Shown in pieces: positions 51,724 through 64,000 of a stretch of DNA of 64,000 nucleotides; position 1 is the stretch's first letter, and each line of letters begins with the position of its first letter. The position numbers and the translations under genes were made by a program. The stretch is taken from the NCBI RefSeq assembly GCF_009914755.1, contig NC_060930.1. The stretch is one strand, 5' to 3'. Source of the DNA: the human T2T-CHM13v2.0 reference genome, Homo sapiens. The notes below the pieces were generated by a model. It ran no database searches, was not told the origin of the DNA, and worked only from the letters and a program-made list of their open reading frames with translations.

Positions 51724-53118
51724 AGCATATCTTGTATGTACGTAATCTGTTCAGAATTAAACAAAAAAAAGTTTTTTTTTAATTCAAAGATATCTACATG
51801 CTTTTTGAATCAATAAAGTTGTAATTAGCTGATGTTTGTATGCATTGTATCTCCACTTGAAAATTTTACACCAAAATAATAAAACCATGGTCTATTCTGT
51901 TTTCCTAACAAAGATATGGTACTTTGACTACCTGACTGCCATAGAAATCAAGAAGAGCATAGCCATTTATTTTTTATGTGCTTTTATAAAGATAATCCTA
52001 TCTCTTTACAGTAAGTCACAAATCCACAGGCAGCAGTCAAGTAACACATTTTCAAGCAACTTATACTTATTTGCTTAGTATAATTTTCTACCATTCTTTG
52101 AAATGGAACAACTCTTAGGCTCAGAGCATCTCTTGCAGTTTTAAAATCCAGCTAGTTTTTGAAAATCTCTTTTGAGATGTCTCAAAATGACATCTGTCAG
52201 AATCCCCTCCCTCTTTTTGTAAAAGGCTTTCTGCCAAGACACACCCAACAGCCATTTCTAGTCTATGATTTCCATACCAGACTAGCCACAGGGGAACTTG
52301 TGAATTGGTCCATTTATTCTAGATTTACTTGGCAATCGCTGGAAAAATTCTCTCTAATCTCTTATTCCCCAGATTTATCAGGGATTATCTTCACCACCAC
52401 TACTTTCACCCTGGGAGTCAGCTCAGTGCTGACAGTGGTCATAGGGACCTTGCCTAGTCCTATTGAGACTTCTGTTCTTGTTGTTTTCCTCTGTTCCCTC
52501 CATCCTGCTCTCAGTCCCAGCACAGTTCACACATTCTTACTCTGATTAATTATGTTCTTTTCCAGAGGTTTGATGTCCTAGCTCCTAGGCTTTTGAAACC
52601 CAGTTTTTTCTCTGTCAAAGTATTAACTCTGCCATGAGTTTCCAAAATCTATTTTGAAACCCAAACTCTACTTTTTCCTTTTTGCAATTCTGCTTTAACA
52701 TTTTAATCCAGAAACATGAGGATGGAATTAATCTTTAGCTACCTGGGTTGACAGAAGGAACACAGAACACAGGACTATGAGAAAGACAAAACTAGAAAAC
52801 ATTTATGAGCATGTGGTCTCCGCAATGCTGAGTAGTGAGTGCTGTGGTTTTATGCTGAATGGTGTTGCTACTTCTCTGTCTACTTATCCCCCTTTCCTCT
52901 ACACTTAATATTCAGGCATTTAACGTTTGTGCCAGGCTCTGCAATAGGCCTGGGTGATTCCCCAGGAAATAAAGGAGACGATATCCCTCCCTCATGTAGC
53001 TTAGATTCTAGTAAGTTCTCAATATTCTGGACCCTGGTCTCTGCCTTTTTGCTCCTATTTGTAACCTTTTCTACACGCTGTGTACTTCCTCACTAAAAGC
53101 TGTCCACTTTACACTCAG

Positions 53119-53181
53119 GCTGCACATTCTGTGGACTCCTACTGCAACGGAAGTGACACGTCTGGTCCTTGGCTCCTCTGA
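53119..53181 (+). CDS. MLIP: Probable MLIP alternative terminal exon, coding part: AAHSVDSYCNGSDTSGPWLL-stop
   Basis: Pyrimidine-rich upstream tract ending ctttacactcAG, phase-0 frame open for 20 codons to TGA, no good donor. Downstream AATAAA at 54340, 55029, 55048 and 56044. Consistent with my recollection of a short MLIP isoform. Confidence 0.7.
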   Translation, partial: AAHSVDSYCNGSDTSGPWLL

Positions 53182-53444
53182 TCATTGAGGAACCCTATCC
53201 TTGTGGCTAGTTACTGTAGCCTTTGACTTTCCTACTTCCTGAAAAAGAGAAAAAGACGATGATAGAATTCAATGGCAAGAACATGGGCTCTTGTGATTTT
53301 TGAAAAAATCAGTCCTTACTGAACTTCAATTTTATCCTACAAAAATGGGGCTACTAATCACCATTTCTAATGGAACCCATACTAATATGTATTTGTGATT
53401 TTTTTAAAAGTATAATTTCTTTAAATTTTTTCCAAGTGCTTTCA

Positions 53445-54100
53445 TCTTTATTGCAGTATAATTGACAAAAATTATACCTATTTAAGGTGTAAAATGTGAT
53501 GATTTGATGTATGTGTACATTGTGTAATGATTACCACAGTTAAATTAATCAATGTAACTATTAATGTACTAGTTACTCTGTGTGTGTATATGGGAGAAGA
53601 GATGAGGACACATAAAATCTATTCTCAGCAAATTTCAAGTAAAAAGTAAAATATTATTAACTGTAGTCACCATGCTATACATTAGCTCTCCAGAACTTAT
53701 TCCTTTGATAACTGAATGTTTCTACCCTTTAAACACCATTTTTCCTTTTCACTTAAATCCCTTATTAAGACAATAATAGATTCAAAACAACAAAACATCC
53801 ATTTCAACCAAAAGTCCATTCCAACCCCTGGCAACCATCATTCTACTCTTTGCTTCTGTAATTCTGACTATTTTAGATTCCACTAAAGTGAGATCACGCA
53901 ATATTTGTCCTTTTGTGACTGGCTCATTTCACTTGGCATAATATATTTGGAATTCATTCATGTTATTGGAAATGGCAGGATTTCTTTCTTTTTTAAGGCT
54001 GAATAATATTTCATTGTTTAACACGTTTTATTTATTCATTTATCCATCAACAGACACTTCGGTTGTTGCCATATCTAATTGTTAAGAATGATACTGCAAT
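53445..54100 (-). mobile_element. L1MA9/L1MB-like 3'-end fragment (carries the templated insert)
   Basis: ctttattgcagtataattgac...cccctggcaaccatcattctactc...aatggcaggatttctttc. Confidence 0.8.
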
Positions 54101-56478
54101 GGTTGAATGAAATACTCACTATCAAAGGGCTCTAAAGACTTAAATGTTTCTTGTTATCATTTCCTTTAGAATCACTTCAATTTTGGAAGAAAGAGGTTGA
54201 TTTCCTGCTAAAGGGTCAACTGAATATATTGTCTTCTTTCTCTCTTCCATTATGAGCAATTGTAGAAGCCTATTTTCTATGTTACTTTTGACTTCTTCAA
54301 TTTTAACTGCTCCTCCATCCTAAACACCTCCACATGGGAAATAAAAGACCAGAATCCAACTATATGTATAGAAAAACGTAAAACTCAGCATTGTAGTCCT
54401 CTGCTGCTCACTGTGATTGATTATGGAGTATTTTTCTTTCTTTTCCCTTGAGTGTACCTCCATCAGATACTTCCATGCTGATCCATGCCATCTGTTCTGT
54501 GAAACTTGCTGTCAGACAACCATACACTTTAAGCACTAAGTTATCCAAATTCTATCTTAAAAATTATGTTGTGATTATTAAAAATCTTTTTTTATATAGA
54601 GGATTTCAAATAGCTAAGCATATGCTAAATTTTTCATACTTCACAAGTTCAAATTTTCTTGGTTCAAATCAGGATTCAAAATATATGTGTTGCTTTAAAT
54701 ATGTCTGTTTGAAAAAATGCATATGGATTCTCCAAAATTTGGGTTTCTAAGCAAGAAGATATGCCATATAATCGAAACCAATTTATATTGGCTTTATCTT
54801 AGTGAAATGTAGATAATCACAATCTCTTATTTCATAGTAACATGAGGTTTTTGTGATGCTGTCTGTAAAGTGTTGGTGTCTTTAGATAAAGGGGTCGCTC
54901 TTTAAGAAAATATTACTACTGTTCATGATTTTATTAGCAAGGTGTTGATTTAAATTAAAACTGTAGCAAAAATGCTATGGCTCTGATTTTAAACTGCTGT
55001 AAGTTCTAGACAGCAAAGGAAAGCTGAAAATAAATGCTGCATTTAAAAATAAATGTTGCTTTACCAAAGAGGTGGGAAGATGGAAGACAGGATGGAGTGA
55101 AAGGCTCCAGTAATTTTACCTATGGTACTCTGAGTTCACAAAGGTGTCTTGTACTCAGACAGAAAACCGCAGCGTGAAGAGGGGACAGCATGAGTGAAGA
55201 GGAAGTGAATTTTCACCCTTCACTTCCAAACCACAGGAAAGGAAGTGACTTTAAAATGCCAGGATGGAACAAAAGCATTTCAGATGTGCAGGCTTTAATA
55301 AGAAGAGCTCAAAATGCCTTAAAATGCCCTTTGATGTTGCAATGGAAACAGTTTTTGAAGTTAAACAGTATGATTTGATGGTTGAGTAGAAAGTAGGCTT
55401 TTTCTAGAGCACCAAATGCATCAGATATGGCTATAACACTAATTTTCTGATGTGTCTGTCAGTTAAGCAGAGCTAAATTAATATATTCACTGCATATTTG
55501 TCTGCTAATTTTTCTTTAATGAACAAAGATATTACTTGCTTCATAAGTTCCTGTCTTCTTGAAGTTTTGTAGAATGATAGTATCATCTCAAAAATAATTA
55601 ATTCTTTTCAAAAATCAAGCTCCTCAGTAAAGCCTTTTTTTGAAAAATTAGTTCTATGTATACTGAAATTGAAAGAGGACAATTCTCAAGTGACTAAAAA
55701 GCGGTTTAAAGCATTTTATCAGAAATAACTATGTTACCTATCTCATTGATAGAAACATGTCCAAGACTGTTTTATGATCCCTGTACATCCCTCAAAAACT
55801 AAAACATTAAAAGATTCATATATTGCATGCTAAAGCAGGATAGAGTGATGTTCATTTTCAAGAATCATTTAGAATAGTGATCTCTAAAGTATTAGGTACC
55901 AACCTCAAGATAATTCGCTGGGGTGGAAGTAGGGCACAAGTTAGACGTGATAGAGATGCCATTAGTGTGTTTTGAAGCAAATCTCAAACAGGGGTCACAA
56001 ACTATGGTCTGTGGGCCAAACCTGGCTCACCAGTGTTTTTATAAATAAAGTATTATTGGAACATGGCCTTGCCTATTTCAGTTATGTGTCACTTAAGAAT
56101 GGGATATGTTTTGAGAAATGCATCATTAGGTGATTTTGTCATTGTGTGAACATCAGAGGGAATTACACAAATCCAGACAGTGTAGCCCATTACACCTAGG
56201 GTATGTGGTATAGGCTATTACTGCTGGGCTACAAACCTGTACAGCATATTACTGTACTGAATACTGGAAGCAATTGTAACACAATGGTAAGTATTTGTGT
56301 ATCTAAACATATCTGATCATAGACAGGGTACTGTGAAAATACAATATAAAAAATAAAAGAAGGAACACCTGTATAGTGCACTTACCATGAATGGAGGTTG
56401 CTCTGGGTGAATCAGTGAGTGAGTGGTGAGTATATGTGAAGGCCTAGGACATTACTTGTACATTATTGTAGACTTTAG

Positions 56479-56794
<316 letters not shown>

Positions 56795-56900
56795 ACATTT
56801 TCTTTTTTCAATAATAACCTCAGCTTACTGTAATTTTTTACTTAATAAACTTGAAGTTTTTAAACTTTTTGACTCTTATAATAAACAAAATGCAAACACA

Positions 56901-57237
<337 letters not shown>

Positions 57238-58898
57238 TTATGCAGCTGTACAAAAATATTTTTTATTTATATCTTTAATCTATAAGCTTTTTCTCTATTT
57301 TAAAATTTTCTGGATTTTTTTTCTTTTTTTTTTTTTACATTTTAAACTTTTTTTTTTTTTTTTTTCTCAGACACAAGTACACAAGTTAGCCTAGGCAGGG
57401 TCAGGATCACAAGACATCACTCTGCAATAGGAATTTTTCGGCTCCATGTTAATCTATGGGACCACCAATACATATATGGTCTGCTTACCAAAACATCGTT
57501 ATGCAGTGCATGACTGTATGTATCTATTGTTTAAGGCTGCTTTTATGTTACTATGTTAGGATTGAGTAATTGTGACAGATTTATGGTTTGCAAAGCCTTC
57601 AATATTTACTGATGGGAACTTTACAGGAAAATGTTTGCCAACTTCTAACATAAAATAACAACAAAGATTCTAAGCTTTGCTGATTTATATGGGTTTACAT
57701 GGGTCTCCTTTGTAGGTCTGAATGCTAGATAGTTACAACTCATATATATTCTAAATGAGATTCCTTGGAAAAGTGTCAGGCCTTTCTAACTTGGGGTGAT
57801 GGACAGTGAGCCCTCAGTTGGCCATTCCTTAAGCCTGTTGTATCTTATTGCACTATATGTGCCCAGTTAGCTAGACATACGATTTATCATTTTTAACTAT
57901 TTTTAACGAAAATAGCCATCTTAAAATAAGCAAATGACTTTATTAAAAAAAACCTTCGGCAAAATAATCTAGATTGACTATACCACTGCTGATACAAGCA
58001 TAAGCAACAAGAAATAGCAGAGGTGACACCATATCTATGTCTAACATAAGCTTGTCATCAGACATACGTATCCATTTCAAACCCTGAAAATCTACTTGAA
58101 TTTGATAAGAAGTAGGTTATTTTTTGAAATGATTAAAACAATTTAAAATATAGTTTTATATCTGCTTTTATTATGAATATACCTGTCCTTAAGTTTATAT
58201 TTTTGCCTTGAGTTTTAACTAATAATTGCATTATGGCATCATACTTGATAAGACATTAACAAAACCGGCATCCAAGGTCATGAAGCTGTGAAATTTTCAG
58301 TACTGTTTAAAGACACAAGGTACTCAATATTATAATGTGTAAAGTTTTACTGAAGCAAATGATAAAATTCTCTTTTGAAGAATCTTAACAGGGAAAAAAT
58401 GAAAAACCCAATTCAGCTGGGGATACGTGTGTTCTTCCTGCTGAAGTATTTATTGCAGAATAATAACAATAGAATGATGAACTGAAATTTATTCCTTTGT
58501 AATTAAATGCCATTAGAAAATGCATAGAAAACACCTTTGAAGATCTGAAAAAGTGAGTAATGAGCCAATTACTCCCAATATGGGAGTTTTATTATGCAGT
58601 TGGATCAAAGTATAGATTTTAAAATATTCTCAGTTTATAACATTTGTTTTCTAAATATGAAATATACAGAAAGTGACATTTGAAATATATGAAATACACA
58701 GAAAGTGACATTTTGGATTCTTAAGGGAAAAACAAATAATAAAAAATTTGTTCTCTAAAGTAAGTGACTTCTTTAATAAAAACACTGTTTTATGAGAAAA
58801 TTCTGGAGGCATAATAGCAGTGGGCTACATTAATGATTGTACTATGAGGTTGCAGTTACATCAACATTTATAGGTAACCTATAACGACAAAGGAGATA

Positions 58899-58919
58899 TA
58901 CACACACACACACACACAC
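58899..58919 (+). repeat. (CA)n microsatellite
   Basis: Directly visible. Confidence 0.9.
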
Positions 58920-60034
58920 GTAGAGGATTCTTTACAATAATAAAACTCTATTCATGAGAAGGATTATGAAAATCTTTGGGATCATTCGGAGTTTCTCAAG
59001 TTATCTCATGGCAAATTATTTTAAAAAGTAACAAACTTCAAGACGCATTAGAAATGCTCGTTTTTGAGAAATGCAAGTGGGGTTCCTGATATAATGCTCT
59101 ATCTCTCTGTGGCAGCCTGGGCACAGACAAGTTGCCATGGAAATTGCTGTGTAGCTGATGATAGTCTTCATTATTTTAGAAGTAGAGGCTAAACCAACTC
59201 ATACCCCAAACCCTGGGCACAAAGATAATCCCAGGTAGTGGTCCTTTCCCTGTATGAACCTGTTGGAAAAACATCTCATCCAGGAAATTCATTTGCTATG
59301 GAAATAAATAAAATACAAAAGGAAAAAAAGAACTCCAGAGTGAATAACAAACAAAATTAATATTTAACTTGAGACTTTTAAAACAAAGTGTAGTGAACAG
59401 TTGAAAAGTGACAGAGTATTCCAGGTACCTACCACAAATTAAAAAAAAGGAGAGATCATAATCTGCAAAATGGGCAGGTTGAATTCAGGCTAAAAGTTCC
59501 TTAAGCAAGACACATAAGACCCCCTTATAATGCTAAAAGATGGCATTTACAAGGAAAATACAGTCATTAGAATATGAAAAACCAAAATATAACCTCTATC
59601 TTCATAAGGCAAAAGCAGGAGATAAGATCTGGAAAAAGTGAAAATATATTATTGGTAAAATATTTTGTTAACTTGTTTGTTCAGTTTATCATAGATCAAA
59701 TAAAAAATAGGCAAAAGTAGATCATCTCGAGTAAATCTAATTTATATATATTCAGACTCTATCCTGCAAACAAAACAAAATATTACTCTTTTTAATATCT
59801 GTGGAACTCTCATAAAAACTGACTATACATTAAGCTAAAAAAGAAAACCTATTAATTGCCAAGATGGAAACAATATACACAAATTTATCTGATCACAAAA
59901 AATTTATAAATTAATAACAAAGTTAGAAAACAAAAAGTTCCTGACATTTGTAAATTGAAAATTTTGCTTTTTCATGAAACTTTATCAAAGAGGAAATTCA
60001 GAATAAAATTTCTGTGTTTTACTTTTTTTATTCT

Positions 60035-61645
60035 CTAACTTTATTGAGGTATAATTGACAATTAAAAATTGTATATATTTTAGGTAAAAAACTTGACGTT
60101 TTGATACATGTATGTATTGTGAAGTGATCACCACAATCAAGCTAGCATATTTATCACCTCATGCAATTAACATTATTATACTATTATTGTTGTGGTAAGA
60201 ATATTTAGGATCTGCCCTCTTAGCAATCAAGCCTACAGAGTATACAGTACACTATTGTTAGTTATATTAATATTGCCATTCATTAGATCTCCAGAAGTTA
60301 TTCATCTTTGGTAACTGAAACTTTGTACCTTTTGATTAACAGTGACCCATTTTCCCCTCCCCTCTGCCCCTGGTAATCACTATTCTACTCTCTGCCTTCT
60401 ATGAGTTTGACTATTTTGGATTTCACATTTAAGTTACGTAATGCACTATTTGTCTTTCTGTGTCTGGTTTATTTCACTTAACATAATGTCCTCCAGGTTA
60501 ATTTATATTGTCACAGATGGCAGGATTTCCTTGTTGTTTAAGGCTGATTAATATTCCATTATATGTATTTATGTATTATACCACCTTTCCTTTATCCACT
60601 TACCTGTCAATACACATCTAGTTTATTCCCATTTCTTGGCTATAGTTCTGCAGTGTACATGAAAGTACAGATATCTCTTCAAGACACTGATTTAATTTCC
60701 TTTGATGATATACCCAGAAGTGGGATCGATGCATTTTTATGGTAGCCATATTTTAAATTTTGGGGGGAAACTTCATACTGTTTTCCTTACTGACTTACCA
60801 ATTAACATTCCCACCAACAGTGTACAAGTGTTCTCTTTTTTCCACATTCTGACCAACACTCATTCCTATTGCTAATACTCATTCCAACAGGTGTGATATG
60901 ATAGCTCATGGTGGTTTTGATTTGCATTTCCCTGATGACTAGTGATGTTGAGCACCCTTTCATATACCTGTTGGTCTTTTCATATGCTCATTGGCCATAT
61001 CTTCTTTTGAAAAATATCTGTTCAGGTCCCTTGCCCATTTTTTAATTGAGTTATTTGTGCTTTTTTGGTATTGAGTTGTATGAGGTTTTTTTCAAATACA
61101 TATATTTTGGATGTTAAGCTTTTATATAGACAGTTTGCAAATATTTTCTTCCTGTATACTGTAGGTTGCCTTTTCACACTGTTGAATGTTCCCTTTGCTG
61201 TAGAGATTTTTTTAAGTTTGTTGCAATCCCACTTATCTATTTTTGCTTTTGGTGTCTGTTCTTTTGCTGTCGTATCAACAAACAAACAAACAAACAAAAA
61301 CATTACCCACAACAATGTCAAGCAGAAGCTTTTTTTCTTGTTTGCTTCTAGTAGTTATACAGTTTTGAATCTTATGTTTATGTGTTTAATCCATTTTGAG
61401 TTGATTTTTGTATATTGTGTGAAATAAGGATCCAGTTTCATTCTTCTGCATGAGGACATACAGTTTTCACCACACCATTTATTGAGGAGACTATCCTTTC
61501 ACCTTGTCAAAGATTAGTTGTCCAACCATAATGGGTAGATTTATTTTTGTTCCACTGGCTATAGTCTGCTTTTATGACAGTGCCATACTGTTTTGATTAC
61601 TATGGCTTTGTAATACACTTTGAAATCACAAAATGTGATACCTTC
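60035..61645 (-). mobile_element. L1MA8/9-like 3' portion
   Basis: ctttattgaggtataattgac 3' terminus; ORF2 C-terminal remnant (KAKIDKWD, 61022-61321). Confidence 0.85.
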
Positions 61646-62494
61646 AAAAAAGGGTGTTTGAAAAATTTCTTTGGATTCACTGAGAGTATTTTTAATATTG
61701 TCTTTTTGGCTTGCATACGACTTCTGATCTTTCTATAATAAGCTTATATTACTTTGTAATTATATTAAAACTAAGCCTTTTAAAAAGTAAAAAGAAGATC
61801 TAACTCGAAAAAATAGAAAATAAAATTTCTATCTGGAAAAGTAAGCTAATGAAATCATTATTTTTCAAATTATTGTCTATTAGAACTGATAAGATATAGT
61901 TAAAATAGTCCTTGAAAGGAAATTTATAATGTAAAAATGCTAAATGAATAAGAAGAGTAATAAAGGTCAACCAAGTAAGCATTCAATTTGGAAAATTTAA
62001 AAACAAAAATAAAACAAATATTTAGAGGAAACATTATTTAAGGAGAAAATCCTTATTCTTTGCATAAGAAAATAAATGAAAAGGACTTTATAGCATTAGA
62101 AAACGATAAATAGCTAGAAAGCAGAACAGTTGTAAAACTCATAATAGCACGTATTCTTTGAAAAAAGTGCAAAATAGCAAACTGTTAGTTAAACAGATCA
62201 ATAAAAAGGGAGAAAATATAAAATACAAAATGAGAAATAAACATGAAAATAACTAACAATATAGAGGACACAAAATACGACACTGCTTCTCTCACCCTTA
62301 TGCAAGTGAATTAGGAAATCCACAGGAAATAAATACTTTATAGCAAAAATACCTAGAAAAATATAAAAATAAAACTCCAGTAAACCAATTACCAAAAGAA
62401 AAACTGAAAAAAAAAATGAAAAGTTACCCTCAAAAAGCTCCAAGTCACAAATAGATTCCCAGGGAAATTCGAACAATCTTTTAAGGAACAAATT

Positions 62495-63461
62495 CAGTTA
62501 TGTGTTGCTTAACGATGGAAATACATTCTGAGAAATCCATCCTTAGGGGAATTCTTTTATTATTATTATTATTTTATTTTTACATAAGTTATTGGGGTAT
62601 AGGTGGTATTTGGTTACATGAGTAAGTTCTTTAGTGGTGATTTGTGAGACCCTGGTTCTCCCATCCCCCGAGCAGTATATACTGCACCATTATATGTTGT
62701 CTTTTATCCCTCGACCCCCTTGCACTCTTCCCCCCAAGTCCCCAAAGTTCATTGTATCATTCTTAGGCCTTTGCATCCTCATAGCTTAGCTCCCACATAT
62801 CACTGAGAACATACGATGTTTGATTTTCCATCACTGAGTTACTTCACTTAGAATAATAGTCTCCAGTCTCATCCAGGTCACTGCAAATGCTGTTAATTCA
62901 CTCCTTTTTATGGCTGAGTAGTATTTCGTTGTCTATAGTGTATATATACCACAGTTTCTTTATCCAGTCATTGATTGATGGGCATTTGGGTTGGTTCCAT
63001 GATTTTGCAATTGTGAATTGTGCTGCTATAAACGTGTGTGCAAGCATCTTTTTTGAATAATGACTTCTTTTCCTCTGGGTAGATACCCAGTAGTGGGATT
63101 GCTGGATCAAATGGGAGTTCTACTTTTAGTTCTTTAAGGAATCTCCACGCTGTTTTCCATAGCAACTGTACTAGTTAGGGGAATTCTTTTTTGCGCAAGC
63201 CTCATATATTTTACCTTACACAAGCCTAGATGGTATAGCCTACTACACACCTAAGCTATAGGGTATAGTATAGCCTATTGCTCCTAGGCTACAAACCTGT
63301 ACAGCACAGTATTGTACTGAATACTGTAGGCAACTGTCACACAGTGGTAAGTATTTGTGAATCTAAGCATATCTAAACATTGAAAAGATTCAGTAAAAAT
63401 GGGACCACCATTATATATGCAGTTCGTTGTTGGCTGAAATGTCATTATGCAGTTCATGATG
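62495..63461. mobile_element. Short Tigger3 (Tigger3a-like) with a nested L1PB
   Basis: cagttatgtgttgcttaacgatgg...ttctgagaaat; resumes after the L1 with cctagatggtatagcctactacacacc. Confidence 0.85.
62559..63174 (-). mobile_element. L1PB1-like 3'-end fragment
   Basis: L1PB 3' UTR (ggttacatgagtaagttctttagtggtga); perfect 16-bp TSD TTAGGGGAATTCTTTT at 62543 and 63175. Confidence 0.9.
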
Positions 63462-64000
63462 ACAACTCTAATAACAGAGAGTTGTAGACTATAGTAATGC
63501 AAGCATATCTTCTAAATAATTTTCTGTAGCAAGTGTAACATTGTTATAAAACCCAGCAGAAGTTGCACAAAAAGGAAACTTCAGCCCAAACTCAGTTATA
63601 AATATCAATGCAGATATCTCAATTTAGTAGGAAACAGAACTCAGTAGAACATTAAAGAGTGCTGTGTCCTCACCAAGTGGGATTTAATGCAAGGGGAAAA
63701 GAATGTAATTGTCTCCTTAGACTTTAAGTGCCATCTTTATTAAATAAACAAAACAGAACCCTTAAGGACTTTCAGTAAGGGATGGTGGATTGAATAATGC
63801 CTCTAAATATGCTCCTTCCCAATATTTCCTTAAAATTATTGTAAAGATGTACTGTAAAGATATAGTCTACAAGTATGGGAAGTAAGAAGAGGAGACACAG
63901 CAATAAAATTTTAGAGGCAGAAAAATATCCTGATGAGGAAAAGCTGACATAGCAACCCAAGAAAGCTAAATCCTAGGCTGGCCAGGGAGAAAGCCAAGTA

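Noticed and set aside
52159-52545. 128-aa ORF and the strong-looking acceptor at 52372
   Set aside because: Non-ATG start and no recognisable domain; the phase-0 reading from the acceptor stops after 19 codons and there is no supporting donor.
58655-58713. 27-bp tandem duplication (similar small ones at ~8000, ~21394/21466, ~35206/35253, ~40230/40279)
   Set aside because: Ordinary slippage duplications with only two units; not an array or CRISPR-like structure.

Overview
Primate (most likely human) AT-rich genomic DNA, almost entirely intronic. The window lies within MLIP (muscular LMNA-interacting protein, C6orf142) on the + strand. Three phase-0 coding exons splice in frame: 7496-7540 TPTTLPRAAGRETKY, 27843-27887 ANLSSPSSTVSESQL and 40072-40200 TKPGVIRPVPVKSRILLKKEEEVYEPNPFSKYLEDNSDLFSEQ. 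A probable alternative last exon starts at 53119 (AAHSVDSYCNGSDTSGPWLL*). The ORF track reports none of these peptides; its listed ORFs are L1/Alu remnants or chance frames. The rest is a transposon fossil record: a full-length ancient L1MA-type LINE with a nested L1PA, 11 Alus, three Tigger3/GOLEM DNA transposons each carrying nested retroelements, MER5A/MER20/MER33/MER58, THE1 and MLT1 LTRs, L2 and MIR. The most notable unexplained items are: (i) a ~1.1 kb non-repeat retroposed insert with AATAAA, a poly(A) tail and a target-site duplication (47597-48722); (ii) a 51-bp locally templated copy inserted into an old L1 (51201 copied to 53745); (iii) two overlapping, mutually exclusive perfect hairpins (49914-49952); (iv) several RFX X-box motifs; (v) a candidate myogenic enhancer. 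I see no evidence of a genuinely new biological system. Repeat subfamily names and boundaries are by eye and approximate.
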